DNA of 64,000 nucleotides from an uncultured Spirochaetota bacterium (GCA_937872225.1 CALMRZ010000066.1:61-64060), one strand, 5' to 3'. Counted from the first letter of the stretch, positions 1-11,154 are shown. Program-made: numbers and translations. Notes: generated by a model not told the origin, from the sequence alone.

Positions 1-710
1 TTTTCCCTGAACCAGAGACGGTCATAATCATACCAGGTGCCGTAGCCGATGCGTCGGGCATACTGGTATTCCACCCTGAACAGGTAGCCGTGTTTGACCC
101 GCGCAAGGCTTTTTTCCCTCACGTCCGAGAGCAGAAGTTCTATCCCCGGCTTAAGCTGCCAGTGGCGCTTAGGCATATTCACATACTTATGTTCGTTGGA
201 TGCGAGGAGAAACAGCCTGTAAAAATGGTATGAGGCATGGAAGGTCGCCTTGGTGGACAGGATGCGGAGCCAGTTGTACTGGAAGAAAACCCCGGCCCCG
301 GCGTTATTTCCGCCGAACTCGCGGAACTTGTCATTGTAACCTCTGTTATATGATTTCCACGCTGAATACGTCGAATGCTCGAGGAGCGGTTTTACTCCGG
401 CAAATATTTTATCGGTTTTCATGGCCGCGATAAAATAAATCCTGGTCGTTGTCATCGTGAACTGCATGTAGAGGTCTTTATTCTTGAAGTCATCGCCGAA
501 CCAGCCATAGAAGAACAGCGGCGAATACTTGTTATATCCTTTGCTGAAGGGCTGGTTGACACCCAGCACAAGGACATGCTTGTATTCCCTGATCTTTTCC
601 TTTGCGATCATGTCGCTGAATTCTGTTTTTGTAATTTCCTGGCTGAAGGCGGGGACAAGGCTGAATGGTATGACCATGAGACTTAACACAACAATTACTC
701 TCCGCATCAT
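1..710 (-). CDS. Hypothetical secreted, aromatic-rich protein (possible outer-membrane beta-barrel). C-terminus runs off the window edge (partial).
   Basis: ATG at 708-710 on the minus strand, preceded by GGAGG. N-terminus MMRRVIVVLSLMVIPFSLVPAFSQE looks like a signal peptide. The frame stays open to position 1 (two segments checked by hand). Not in the ORF track because there is no in-window stop. Confidence 0.5.
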   Translation of the reverse strand, partial: MMRRVIVVLSLMVIPFSLVPAFSQEITKTEFSDMIAKEKIREYKHVLVLGVNQPFSKGYNKYSPLFFYGWFGDDFKNKDLYMQFTMTTTRIYFIAAMKTDKIFAGVKPLLEHSTYSAWKSYNRGYNDKFREFGGNNAGAGVFFQYNWLRILSTKATFHASYHFYRLFLLASNEHKYVNMPKRHWQLKPGIELLLSDVREKSLARVKHGYLFRVEYQYARRIGYGTWYDYDRLWFRE

Positions 711-876
711 AAAGGCCTCCTGGATCTGAAGTTATCTTTGCTGACCGGGTAATACTTTGTTTAGCCTGGCAAATTCCTTGTTAAAAGATCTTACAGCCAT
801 GACAAAAAAAAGAGCAAGTAAAAAATTGGTCGCGAATAAATATTTCATTACTCCGGGCGGCAGGCCCCCCTCGCGC

Positions 877-1272
877 TTACCGTGGTTTTTTCTTTTTAAA
901 ACGCCAGTCTATGCCCCTTTTTTTCAGATAGTCTTCGAATTCAACGCGGGTATGGAAATAATGAAGATAGGGCGAGTCAAAATATTCGCATTCCTCTTCA
1001 AGGTTCCCATGGTTGCGGCAGATATGGGGCCGCATATCGTAGATGGCGCACCGGTAATCCGGCCCGAGATTGTCGCACGGACTGCGGAACTCCACGTGCC
1101 ATTTCCGGTCATGGTCGATGAAAACATGCACGTTCTTATGGCACAGGTACCACCTGATGTTGTCATAATCCGTTTTTGAAGTAGGTCGGTCTATCTCGAT
1201 GGCCGTATACTGGCAGCACCTGCCCCCGCAATCATCGCAGGGAGGCGAAAATTGGTTGTTCTTTTTTTTCAT
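877..1272 (-). CDS. YkgJ/UPF0153-family cysteine-cluster (Fe-S/Zn) protein.
   Basis: 131 aa. CDDCGGRCCQ (CxxCxxxCC) motif near the N-terminus, plus further Cys/His. Confidence 0.6.
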   Translation of the reverse strand: MKKKNNQFSPPCDDCGGRCCQYTAIEIDRPTSKTDYDNIRWYLCHKNVHVFIDHDRKWHVEFRSPCDNLGPDYRCAIYDMRPHICRNHGNLEEECEYFDSPYLHYFHTRVEFEDYLKKRGIDWRFKKKKPR

Positions 1273-1282
1273 GATCTTCTCT

Positions 1283-2824
1283 TCACTTGTGATTCATAGC
1301 TTTGCGGATATAAGGGATAAGATCGGACGACTTCAGGATGGGACCGCTCTGGGCCGCGGTCTGCAGATCGGCCGCCTTGCCATGGACCCAGGCTCCCCAC
1401 GCTGCGGCGTGAACCGCCGGCGCTTTTCTCAGCAGCAGCGCCCCGATTATGCCGGCGAGTACATCGCCGGAACCGGCGGTAGCCAGCGCCGGGGACCCGG
1501 TCGTATTGATATAGCGGCGCCCATCGCCGGCGACGATAGTTCCGGGTCCCTTTAAGAGGGCCGTGCAGCGCAGCTTCTCCGAAAGGAGAGATGCGGCGTT
1601 ATACCTGTTGCTTTTTATTTCATCAACAGAAAGGCCGAGGAGCCTTGATGCTTCCAGGAAATGCGGCGTGATGACCCATGAAACAGATTGGTCAAGGCGT
1701 CCCTCTTTCAGGAGCCCAGCCAGGTGGAACAGGCCGTCTCCGTCAATCAGGACTTTCCGGATCCCGCACGCGGGAGCCGTGTTGATCACCGCTTCCGCAA
1801 TCTGGCGGGAATAATCGCTTCGGCCGAGTCCGGGACCCAGGATCAGCGAGTCCCATCTTTTCGACCGGAGAATCGCATCAACATCCTTCATCGCATCGGC
1901 TGCATCAGTTCCGAGAGAGATCGTCATGAGCTCCGGGATACGGCCTGCGACGGAGCTGCGCGCCTTCTCCGTGGTCGCCAGCGTGGCCAGGCCGACGCCG
2001 GTTTCGAAGGCGGCCGAGGCGGCCAGCATCGCCGCCCCCTCCATGCCGTCGAACCCGCCCAGTATCAGCAGGTGTCCCCGGGCGCCCTTGTGTAGGTCAG
2101 GCGCCGCGCAATATTCCGATTCTATTGCAGATATCGCGTTGTTCTCGAAAAATTCGTCGTCGATCAGCTCTGCCGACAATCCGTCGGCCCCGGTCAAGGC
2201 CCCGGGAAATCCGATGTCTGCGACATGGAGCGTGCCGGCGTATTCTCTCCCTGGATAGGTGACGAGGGATATTTTGGGGAGTCCGATGGTGACGGTACAG
2301 TCCGCGGCCACGGCCTCGCTTTCAGGGGCCGCGCCGTCGGAAGGCAGTCCGCTGGGCACATCAACGGCAACCACGAAGGCATCGGCATCATTGATGGCCC
2401 GTATCGCGTCAGCGGCAGGGCCCCTGACCGCCCCGGAAAACCCGGTCCCGAGGATGGCGTCGACAATGCAGTCGTATCCTTCCGGATCAATGGTCTTATC
2501 AAAGGCCGTCACCCGTATGCCGGATTTTTTACAAAGACTGAAATAGACGCGGGATGTTTCCGAGATCCTGTCCTCGTCTCCCACGAGGAAGACGTCCGCC
2601 TGCAGTCCTTGCATGGCCAGGAAGTACGCGGCGACAAAACCGTCACCGCCGTTGTTGCCGGTGCCGGAAAACACAGCCGCCTTCCTCATCGAGGGACACG
2701 CCGCCAGGGCGCGTTCTGCAACCGCCTTTCCTGCCAGGCCCATGAGCACTTCCCCGGGAAGTCCCAGCTCCCTGATGGTCACCCGGTCGATTTCCTGCAT
2801 TTCAGAGGCAGTCACAACCTTCAT
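1283..2824 (-). CDS. nnr: Bifunctional NAD(P)H-hydrate repair enzyme Nnr (epimerase + ADP-dependent dehydratase).
   Basis: 513 aa. N-terminal YjeF-N domain (GTGNNGGDG). C-terminal carbohydrate-kinase-like dehydratase domain (GPGLG ... GSGDVLAG). Confidence 0.85.
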   Translation of the reverse strand: MKVVTASEMQEIDRVTIRELGLPGEVLMGLAGKAVAERALAACPSMRKAAVFSGTGNNGGDGFVAAYFLAMQGLQADVFLVGDEDRISETSRVYFSLCKKSGIRVTAFDKTIDPEGYDCIVDAILGTGFSGAVRGPAADAIRAINDADAFVVAVDVPSGLPSDGAAPESEAVAADCTVTIGLPKISLVTYPGREYAGTLHVADIGFPGALTGADGLSAELIDDEFFENNAISAIESEYCAAPDLHKGARGHLLILGGFDGMEGAAMLAASAAFETGVGLATLATTEKARSSVAGRIPELMTISLGTDAADAMKDVDAILRSKRWDSLILGPGLGRSDYSRQIAEAVINTAPACGIRKVLIDGDGLFHLAGLLKEGRLDQSVSWVITPHFLEASRLLGLSVDEIKSNRYNAASLLSEKLRCTALLKGPGTIVAGDGRRYINTTGSPALATAGSGDVLAGIIGALLLRKAPAVHAAAWGAWVHGKAADLQTAAQSGPILKSSDLIPYIRKAMNHK

Positions 2825-2828
2825 GGAA

Positions 2829-3902
2829 TCATTCCCATTTTAGTATGTCGACCCCGTTTCTTACAATGTTGTATGAATATATCCTTCCGGAATCATCCAG
2901 CAGTATCCGTGAATAATAATTCCGCTTGTTTTCCATGTTAAGATATACGTTGTTCACGATGGTCCCGTCAAGATTGGCTACTTCAAACTTTACCTGGTCG
3001 TTGCTGACATTCCAGAGGTAGATATACTTGTCGTCGACGATATCGAACAGCACGTTCTTGGGATCGGGTATTGTCATGATGTTCCTGGAGATCTTCCCCT
3101 GGTTGATAGGAAATTCAAAGATCTTGATGTACTTGAGCCGGAGGCCGTGGTAGTATGAGACAGAGATCAGAAGGGTGTCACCTGATGAAAAGACCCTGAC
3201 ATTGTCGATCTTTCCCTCGTAGACATTGCCCTCCTCCCGCTCCTGCAGGTTCAGGGCTCCCAGGTTGACATAATAGTCGCGGTTCTTGCCGTTGAACCTG
3301 AAGACGCTCCACGAATCCATCGAACGGGATATGACGAAGAGCCGGTCGTTGGAATCGACATAGAGGCGCTCAATATGGGAAAACGGGGTTTCGGGGGCTC
3401 CTTTCTGGCCGAGGGTATACTGCAGCTCGCCGCTCTTGTTGAACTTGACGATATACGACGGCGAAACATCAATACTGTCGCTGCCGCCGTCCTTTTCCTT
3501 GCCGGTATCCCGTATCTTTGAAAACTTGTTCTGTATGTACACATTATCGTCGTTATCCATGACGATGTACCCGATGGTGCCGAAATTAAAATTCTCCGTT
3601 GGGATGTCACCGGTTTTCACGTTCTTCAGGGAGCCGATCATCAACCCAACCTCGCCATTCGGCTTCATGACCTGCACCCGGTGCAATTCGTTATCGGCGA
3701 CACAAATCATCTTTTTGCATACGCTGATTCCGATGGTGAGGTCTTCAAGGCCGTATTCATCTGTCTTTACCATCACCTGGCCGGGTTTTGACCCGTTTGG
3801 GACAAAGGCGAAACGCGTGGGGCTCAGCGTGGTGGATTTCCAGAAGGCGCAATCGGTCATGATAAAAGGCACCGCCAGAAGCAGGGGGACTATTCTCTTC
3901 AT
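2829..3902 (-). CDS. Hypothetical lipoprotein / secreted repeat protein.
   Basis: 357 aa. Signal peptide with a lipobox-like IMTDC. No recognisable catalytic motif. Confidence 0.5.
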   Translation of the reverse strand: MKRIVPLLLAVPFIMTDCAFWKSTTLSPTRFAFVPNGSKPGQVMVKTDEYGLEDLTIGISVCKKMICVADNELHRVQVMKPNGEVGLMIGSLKNVKTGDIPTENFNFGTIGYIVMDNDDNVYIQNKFSKIRDTGKEKDGGSDSIDVSPSYIVKFNKSGELQYTLGQKGAPETPFSHIERLYVDSNDRLFVISRSMDSWSVFRFNGKNRDYYVNLGALNLQEREEGNVYEGKIDNVRVFSSGDTLLISVSYYHGLRLKYIKIFEFPINQGKISRNIMTIPDPKNVLFDIVDDKYIYLWNVSNDQVKFEVANLDGTIVNNVYLNMENKRNYYSRILLDDSGRIYSYNIVRNGVDILKWE

Positions 3903-4330
3903 ACAGCCTCATCGGTTGCTCGTGATATGCCGGGCACGTCACCAGTCACGCAAATTTAACGCATGATAGAAATATACCCGCTTTCTTTGCGATTAGAATC
4001 AATAGCACCGTATTTTTCAAGATAATTTTACCCTGTTTATTATAAAAAAGCCCTTTAAAACGCCCCATGGATTCCCTGCGGGCAGGTTATCCATGTTTGT
4101 TTAATGATTTTTACAGCAAGTCGACTAATCATCATTTTCCGGTATGTTATTCGCCTTGACAAATAATTGAAGCTTTAAAAAATAGCATTTATTAAAGAAT
4201 ACATAGTACCTGCAGTCGGTATGCCCTTCAGCCTGTCCCGATTCCGGGTGAAAAAGCTGAAAGGCATCGGGTTCTCGTCGATTCATCATGGTACAACACA
4301 CATACATATACAATACAAAAGGGGTACATC

Positions 4331-5482
4331 ATGGACTTTACATTATCAGAAGAACAACAGATGCTTAAAGATACGCTGCGTAAATTCGCCGAAGAAGACC
4401 TGAAGCCGAAGGCCGAGCATTACGACAGGACGCATGAATTCCCGTTCGAACACATCAAGAAGCTCGGGGAAATGGGCGTCATGGGGGTCGTGTATCCGGA
4501 AAAATACAACGGCGCCGGCATGGACTATTTGAGCTACGCCATAGCCGTCGAGGAAGTCTCCCGCGGAGACGCCTCCGCAGGGGTCATCGTTTCAGCCCAC
4601 AACTCCCTCTGCCTCTCGCCGATATACTATTTTGCATCCGAGGAACTGAAGCAGAAATACCTGACCAGGCTTACGACCGGCGAATGGATCGGCTGCTTCG
4701 GGATTACCGAACCCGAAGCCGGGTCAGACGCCTCCGGGACCAAAACGACCGCCGAACTGAAAAACGGCAAGTGGGTCCTCAATGGAACAAAGAACTTCAT
4801 CACCAACGGCGGCGTTGCCCAGGTTGCCGTCGTTACCGCGGTGACCGACAAGGGCATAGGCCATAAGGGACTCAGCTTTTTTCTGGTCGAGAAAGGCACC
4901 CCTGGCTTTAGCGTCGGGAAGACGGAGGACAAGCTCGGCATATGCGCCTCCTCCACGACCGAGCTGGTCTTTGACAACTGCGAGATACCGGAAAGCCATC
5001 TGGTTGGCAAGCGCGGCGAAGGCTTCAAGATCGCGATGCACACCCTCGACGGCGGCCGGGTCGGCATCGCCGCGCAGGCCGTCGGCATCGCCCAGGCCGC
5101 CCTTGACGCCGCTATCGTCTACGCCAAGGACCGTAAACAGTTCGGCAAGTCCATTGCCGATTTCCAGGCGATCCAGTGGATGATAGCCGACATGTCAACC
5201 GAAATAGAAGCAGCCCGCCTGCTCGTCTACCAGGCCGCGATGCTGATCGGGACCGGCGAGCGCCAGCGGTATTCAAAATATGCCGCCATGGCCAAACTGT
5301 ACGCTTCCGAGATGTCGCACCGGGTGACCCACAAGGCCATACAGATCTTCGGCGGATACGGATACGTCAAGGACTACCCGGTTGAACGCCACTACCGCGA
5401 CGCGCGGATTACCGAGATATACGAAGGCACATCCGAGATCCAGCGTCTTGTCATTGCCAGCAACGTCATCCGCGAATATTAA
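4331..5482 (+). CDS. Acyl-CoA dehydrogenase (short-chain/butyryl-CoA dehydrogenase-like).
   Basis: 383 aa. Typical ACAD N-terminus, middle and C-terminus (GxTEPxxGSD ... YEGTSEIQRLVIA). Confidence 0.85.
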   Translation: MDFTLSEEQQMLKDTLRKFAEEDLKPKAEHYDRTHEFPFEHIKKLGEMGVMGVVYPEKYNGAGMDYLSYAIAVEEVSRGDASAGVIVSAHNSLCLSPIYYFASEELKQKYLTRLTTGEWIGCFGITEPEAGSDASGTKTTAELKNGKWVLNGTKNFITNGGVAQVAVVTAVTDKGIGHKGLSFFLVEKGTPGFSVGKTEDKLGICASSTTELVFDNCEIPESHLVGKRGEGFKIAMHTLDGGRVGIAAQAVGIAQAALDAAIVYAKDRKQFGKSIADFQAIQWMIADMSTEIEAARLLVYQAAMLIGTGERQRYSKYAAMAKLYASEMSHRVTHKAIQIFGGYGYVKDYPVERHYRDARITEIYEGTSEIQRLVIASNVIREY

Positions 5483-5496
5483 TTGATTGATACTGA

Positions 5497-5533
5497 ATCC
5501 GCCCGGCATACATATGCCAGGCGGATTTCATTT
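5497..5533 (+). terminator. Hairpin after the acyl-CoA dehydrogenase gene (possible intrinsic terminator).
   Basis: atccgcccggcata / tatgccaggcggat, about 13 bp stem with one mismatch, followed by a T-rich tract. Confidence 0.35.
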
Positions 5534-5570
5534 CAGCTCTTTCCCATACATTTCCTCAGCGAGGTATACA

Positions 5571-6605
5571 ATGAAAACACAAATTACCAAGATTTTCAAC
5601 ATCAAGTATCCCATCATCCTTTCCGGTATGAGCTGGATCAGCACTCCTGAACTGGTTGCTGCGGTCGCCAATGCCGGCGGACTCGGGATCCTGGCGACGG
5701 GCATTCTCAAGGCGGAGGAAACGCGGGAATACATCCAGCGGACGAGAAAGCTCACCAAGAACCCCTTTGCGGCCAACGTGACACTCTATTTCCCCGGCGC
5801 TGACCGTAACGCCCGGGTCATTATCGAGGAAAAGGTACCCGTGGTCAATTACGCCCTCGGCAAGGGGGACTGGATCTGCAAGGAAGTACACGCCTACGGA
5901 GGCAAGGTCATCGCCACGGTTACAACGCTCAAGCATGCTCTAGCGGCGCAGAAGGACGGCGCAGACGCCCTCATCGTCACCGGCCATGAAGCCGCCGGAC
6001 ACGGCGGCGCGGTCACCTCGCTGGTGCTCATTCCCAGCATCGTCGACGCGGTCACAATTCCGGTCATCGCAGCCGGCGGTTTTGCCGACGGACGGGGCCT
6101 CGCGGCCGCCCTCCTTCTCGGCGCCGACGGTATCTCCATGGGCACCCGGTTCATGAACTCGGTGGAGAGCCCGGTGCATCCCTCACAGAAAGCCATCAGC
6201 AACGAAACCGACGTATACAGCACCGTCTATACCGATAAGGTCGACGGACTCCCTGCCCGTTTCATGAAATCAAAAGGCTCCCTGCGGCTCATGAACAAGA
6301 AGCTGAACCCGCTGACATCCCTTATAATGTCCAGGAAAATCGCCAAGCTGCTCGGCTTCCCCTGGCTGAAGCTCGCAATGGGTATCGTCTTCATGGGTTT
6401 CAATAAATCAATGCAGATGGCCCGCATGGCCATCGGGTTTGAAGCCTTCAAGGTCGGGACCATTGACGGCGACAATGTGAAAGGCGTTCTCCCCATAGGC
6501 CAGGTCACGGGTATCATCCATGACACCCCGACGGTCAAGCAGATAATCGAGCGTATTGCGAAAGAGGCGAAAGAAGCCCAGAAGGTGCTTGCTTCCAAGA
6601 TATAA
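5571..6605 (+). CDS. Nitronate monooxygenase / FabK-like NAD(P)H-dependent flavin oxidoreductase.
   Basis: N-terminus MKTQITKIFNIKYPIILSGMSWISTPELVAAVANAGGLGIL. The ATG at 5571 is preferred over the track start: GAGG lies 7 nt upstream. Confidence 0.75.
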   Translation: MKTQITKIFNIKYPIILSGMSWISTPELVAAVANAGGLGILATGILKAEETREYIQRTRKLTKNPFAANVTLYFPGADRNARVIIEEKVPVVNYALGKGDWICKEVHAYGGKVIATVTTLKHALAAQKDGADALIVTGHEAAGHGGAVTSLVLIPSIVDAVTIPVIAAGGFADGRGLAAALLLGADGISMGTRFMNSVESPVHPSQKAISNETDVYSTVYTDKVDGLPARFMKSKGSLRLMNKKLNPLTSLIMSRKIAKLLGFPWLKLAMGIVFMGFNKSMQMARMAIGFEAFKVGTIDGDNVKGVLPIGQVTGIIHDTPTVKQIIERIAKEAKEAQKVLASKI

Positions 6606-6769
6606 CTTCGCCGCTAAAACAACCGCCGTTCAACGGCAAAAATGTTACATGATTTTTGCGGCGTTCTTTTTTTACGGTGAATGGCGGTTATTTTTTATTT
6701 TACAATTTGTATTGACTTTTATCAGTTTTTTTTGTATTTACATAATATCATTTTTAAGGGGTGATTATA

Positions 6770-7111
6770 ATGGGAATACTCAAAGAAACCGGTGAAACCA
6801 TAGTCAAATACGGTGAAATCATCGTCAACAAAACCGAGGAGCTCGCGAAGATAGCAAAACTCAACCTTGACATAAAAAGAATGAAAATAGACCAGGGCAT
6901 CGTGGAGAAAGAACTTGGCAGGCATGTCATTTCCCGCATCGACGAGGGCGCTTCATCCATTGACGTCTCCGACGCGAAGGTGAAAGAGTTGCATGAAAAA
7001 GTGGTCGAGCTGAAGAAAAAGATCGAAGAAAAGAAAGCTGACATCGAAAAAGTGAAACTGGAAGCACGAGAACAAAAATCCGACAAAAAGCCCGAGGGCG
7101 GCTCGCAATAG
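6770..7111 (+). CDS. Hypothetical coiled-coil protein.
   Basis: About 113 aa, rich in K/E heptads. AAGGGG RBS upstream of the ATG at 6770. No family recognised. Confidence 0.45.
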   Translation: MGILKETGETIVKYGEIIVNKTEELAKIAKLNLDIKRMKIDQGIVEKELGRHVISRIDEGASSIDVSDAKVKELHEKVVELKKKIEEKKADIEKVKLEAREQKSDKKPEGGSQ

Positions 7112-7119
7112 CCCTGTTC

Positions 7120-9210
7120 ATGCCTGTAACCTCCAGAAAAATAGTAGCTTACATCAATGCCCGAAGCGGCGAGTTCACCAGGAAAGATCTTGTCAACGAC
7201 CTGATCGGCCACAGGTCTGATACAGGCGGAAAGAAATCGCGAAGAAAATCAAAACAGCCGGCAGCCGCCCGGGATCTGTCGATCATTGACGAAACTCTTG
7301 ACGGAATGGTTGCCGTCGGACTCATCCGGAAAAAAAGAAACAATTACATTAAAGTGCACGCCTTTGCCGTCGAGGGGAAAATCCGCATCAATTCCAGAGG
7401 GGATGGCCTGCTTCAAGTTCTGGACAATGAGATATTAATAAAAAAAGATGACACTGTCGGTGCTCATTTCAACGACCTGGTCGCAGTAAAGATCATCGAT
7501 GTAAAACAGGGTATACTATACGGGGCTGTTGAAAAGATAGTACACCGTGAAAAACACGCCTATTTTGCCAGGGTTGTCCATGCGACGCGCGACTCCGTTA
7601 TTTACAATCTCATGGATGTCCCCGGCAACCGTGAAGTTTGCGCGCCCAAACCTTCCGGCAGCTTCAACAGGGGCGACATGGCACTCATACAGCTTGAAGA
7701 AGGTCTTCACAACAAGCGCGAGAAATGCAGGGTCATCAGGACCTTCCCGCCCGATGATGAACGTTACGACCTTGAACGCATTGTGGTCAAACATTCGTTG
7801 CCCGGTCCCCACAGGGACTATCATGAACTGAGGGACATGCAGGCCATTCGTCCTGACGCAGGGCCGAGGAGGGACTACCGTGATCTCTTCACCGTCACCA
7901 TCGACGGTGCCGACGCGAAAGACTTCGATGACGCCCTTTCCATCGAGCGCAAAGGCGACGGCTATACCCTGTACGTCCATATCGCCGATGTCTCCTCATA
8001 CGTCCGGAAGAACTCCGAGCTTGACCGCGAGGCATTTAAGCGCGGCACCAGCTATTACCTCGGCAATACCGTCATCCCCATGCTCCCGGAAGTCCTTTCA
8101 AATGACCTGTGCTCCCTCCGGGAAGGCATAGATCGACTCGCCATGTCAGTGGAGATGGACATCGACCGGCACGGCGCGGTCAAAAGCAGCCGCTGTTACC
8201 GCGGTCTCATACGCGTCGACCGGAGGCTCACCTACACAGGGGCCGACGAAATCCTGTCTGCAGGAGGAGAAGCCCGGGTGACGGACATGCTGCGGATGCT
8301 GCATGAGTGCGCCATGCTGTTGCACAACCGTCGCGTCAGCCAGGGCAGCCTCGAGCTCAACCTTACCGACCAGTCCCTGGTTTACGAAAACAACGTTGTC
8401 ACCGATATACAGTATGTCGAGCGTCTGAAAAGCCACCTGATGGTCGAGGAGTCCATGCTCTGCGCCAATGTAGCGGTTTCCTGCTTCATACGCGAGAGCG
8501 GCGTACCGTCACTCTACCGGAACCATGAGCCGATCAGCCCGGATTCTCTGGTCTCATTGAAAGAGTTCCTCCGTCAGCTCGGGATCCCCTTCAAGATAGC
8601 CGGCAACACAGCCGCGAATCTACAGAAGGTCCTCGCCCGTGTCGCAGGCTCTGACATCGAGCATGTGGTGAACATGGTTATACTGAAATCGATGATGCAG
8701 GCCTTTTACGGCGCCTATCCCGAAGGGCATTTCGGCCTCGGTTTCAAAGATTACACCCATTTCACATCCCCCATCCGTCGTTACCCCGACCTGGTCGTCC
8801 ACCGCTGTCTTAAGAGCATCATCGACAGGACATCCCCGCCGTACAGCCTCGACGAGATCGTCGAAATCGGCGACAAGAGCTCCGAACTGGAACGGGTCGC
8901 TCAATCGGCGGAACGCGACTTCAGGAAAATTAAGACCTGCCGGCTCATGATGGACCGGGTGGGCGAGAAATTCACCGCCATAATCAACGGCGTCAGCCGC
9001 TACGGCTTCTATGTGACCCTGACGGAAACGCCGATTGACGGCATGGTCCCCCTCTGGACTCTGACCGACGATTTCTACCTGGTGAATGAAGACGAATATA
9101 CCGTGATCGGCAGAAAGCACGGCAGGCGTTTCAGGATGGGCGACCGGGTGAACGTCAAGCTCACCAGCGTCGAGCTTGACCGCATTGTAATTGATTTTGA
9201 AGTGCTGTAG
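7120..9210 (+). CDS. rnr: Ribonuclease R (RNase II/R family 3'-5' exoribonuclease).
   Basis: 696 aa. Central RNB domain and C-terminal S1 domain. Confidence 0.85.
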   Translation: MPVTSRKIVAYINARSGEFTRKDLVNDLIGHRSDTGGKKSRRKSKQPAAARDLSIIDETLDGMVAVGLIRKKRNNYIKVHAFAVEGKIRINSRGDGLLQVLDNEILIKKDDTVGAHFNDLVAVKIIDVKQGILYGAVEKIVHREKHAYFARVVHATRDSVIYNLMDVPGNREVCAPKPSGSFNRGDMALIQLEEGLHNKREKCRVIRTFPPDDERYDLERIVVKHSLPGPHRDYHELRDMQAIRPDAGPRRDYRDLFTVTIDGADAKDFDDALSIERKGDGYTLYVHIADVSSYVRKNSELDREAFKRGTSYYLGNTVIPMLPEVLSNDLCSLREGIDRLAMSVEMDIDRHGAVKSSRCYRGLIRVDRRLTYTGADEILSAGGEARVTDMLRMLHECAMLLHNRRVSQGSLELNLTDQSLVYENNVVTDIQYVERLKSHLMVEESMLCANVAVSCFIRESGVPSLYRNHEPISPDSLVSLKEFLRQLGIPFKIAGNTAANLQKVLARVAGSDIEHVVNMVILKSMMQAFYGAYPEGHFGLGFKDYTHFTSPIRRYPDLVVHRCLKSIIDRTSPPYSLDEIVEIGDKSSELERVAQSAERDFRKIKTCRLMMDRVGEKFTAIINGVSRYGFYVTLTETPIDGMVPLWTLTDDFYLVNEDEYTVIGRKHGRRFRMGDRVNVKLTSVELDRIVIDFEVL

Positions 9211-9678
9211 CCATGGGCGCAACATTTGCCATCCATCATTATCCCGATCCCCCCGCTTTTTACAACATTATAATCGACCGCGGTGATTCGGTAGCGACAT
9301 TCCGCATTGTCCAATTTGACATGCTTGCGCTCCAGGACGGCACCGAGGTGAAGGCGGAAAGCGTCGACAACGGCGGCAGCGGCGACCTTGGAAGACCGGT
9401 CGATTGCGGACGCGGCACTGTGCGGCTTTTCGACAGCGGATTGTGCGCTATCGAACGATGGAGCCATCCGGTGTACATTGTCCATATCGCCGGCCGCCAG
9501 TTCTACGGCACCCTTCACATTTTAAAGGCGGATGAAGGATACAGCCTGCGCTATGTCAGAAGCAGGGCCAACAAGCCGTCCCCGCGTTGAACGATTTCAT
9601 TTTAACCGGCGATCCGTTTTAAAAAATTGTTGAATCAAAACGCGTCGATGGTAAAAAGGTGTACATGCGAGGTGTGTG

Positions 9679-11154
9679 ATGAAGCTCATTCCGAAACAAA
9701 AAGTGCCATCTTTCAAGAAAAGCGACACGGTCGTTCTGTTCATTGGCGAAGAAGAAGCCGCGTCACGCGGTAAAAAAATGCCCGGCACCTTTTCCCATAT
9801 TGAAGAGACCATCGACCTGTCCTTTTTCAAGGGCAAGCGGTCAGAGATCATTTTTGTGCCCCTTGCCGACAAGCCGAATTTCATTCTCTGCGGCACCGGC
9901 AATGACAAGGAACGGGATGCTGAATCGATGCGGCGTTGCGCCGCCGCTGTCGTGTCCCAGTGCCGTGACAGGTCCATTGAACGCATCCATGTGCTGGTTC
10001 CCCCCATGAAGAACATGGACGCGAGCATGGCATTATCAGCGGTTTCCGAAGGCCTCTACCTTGGCAATTACAGCTTTGACCGTTACAAGACCAACAAGAA
10101 AGACAACGGCGCACACCCTGTCTCCACCGCGGTACTCTACAGCAGCGCCAAGAATGCGTCATCAATATTGAAAGATACCGAAATAGTCGCGCGAAACACC
10201 CTTCTCTGCCGCGACCTTATCAATGAAACCAGCGAAAAGTCAGACTCCCGGGGGATTGCCCGCGAAGCCGCCTCCCTGGCCGCCCTGGCCGGGGTGACCT
10301 GCAGGGTCTTCGGCAAGAAAGAAATCGAAAAGATGAAAATGGGACTGATTCTCGCCGTCAACAAGGGAAGCACGCGGCCGCCGCAGCTGGTTGTCCTGAC
10401 CTATCGCGGCAATCCACGGAGCAGGAAATTCTTTGCCGTAGTCGGCAAGGGGATCACCTTCGACTCAGGAGGCATGAACCTGAAGCCATCGGGCCATATC
10501 GAGGACATGCGGACCGACATGGCAGGCGCAGCGGCCGCGCTCTATACCATCAAGTCAGCGGCGGAGCTCAAGCTGAAAAAGAACGTCTATGCCGTCCTTC
10601 CGCTGACCGACAACATGCTCTCCAACGACTCCTACCGCCCCGGCGACGTATTCACAGCGTACAATGGCACCACGGTAGAAATCGGCAATACCGATGCCGA
10701 GGGGCGCCTCATCCTCGCCGACGCAATAGCATATACCGAGAAGGTACTCAAACCGGCGTGCATCGTGGACATCGCGACGCTGACCGGCGCGTGCCTGGTC
10801 ACTTTCGGCGAAATTATCGCCGGCTATGTTACCACCAGCAGGGACCTCGGATCGCTCCTTGAAAAGGCGGGCGAGGCAACCGGCGAGCTGATCTGGGAGC
10901 TGCCCATTCACAAAGATTACGAGGAAAACCTCAAGTCGGACATTGCCGATCTGTGCAACATCTCTTCCGAGAAAAACGCCGGCACCATTATGGGCGGCAT
11001 ATTCCTGAAGAATTTCGTGAACGATGCGCAATGGGCCCATATCGACATAGCCGGCACCGCGCGGTCGTCAAAACCGAGGGGGTATCGCCCTAAAAACGCC
11101 ACCGGTTTCGGCGTCCGTCTCCTGGTAGAGGCCATACGGCAATGGAACGACTGA
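9679..11154 (+). CDS. pepA: Leucyl aminopeptidase (M17).
   Basis: NTDAEGRL signature and M17 catalytic-domain conservation. The ATG at 9679 has GAGGT upstream. Confidence 0.85.
   Translation: MKLIPKQKVPSFKKSDTVVLFIGEEEAASRGKKMPGTFSHIEETIDLSFFKGKRSEIIFVPLADKPNFILCGTGNDKERDAESMRRCAAAVVSQCRDRSIERIHVLVPPMKNMDASMALSAVSEGLYLGNYSFDRYKTNKKDNGAHPVSTAVLYSSAKNASSILKDTEIVARNTLLCRDLINETSEKSDSRGIAREAASLAALAGVTCRVFGKKEIEKMKMGLILAVNKGSTRPPQLVVLTYRGNPRSRKFFAVVGKGITFDSGGMNLKPSGHIEDMRTDMAGAAAALYTIKSAAELKLKKNVYAVLPLTDNMLSNDSYRPGDVFTAYNGTTVEIGNTDAEGRLILADAIAYTEKVLKPACIVDIATLTGACLVTFGEIIAGYVTTSRDLGSLLEKAGEATGELIWELPIHKDYEENLKSDIADLCNISSEKNAGTIMGGIFLKNFVNDAQWAHIDIAGTARSSKPRGYRPKNATGFGVRLLVEAIRQWND

Noticed and set aside
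9213-9590. 125-aa ORF immediately after rnr.
   Set aside because: No RBS, no motif, and it is overlapped by antisense ORFs of similar length in GC-rich DNA. It may be real, but I cannot support it from sequence.
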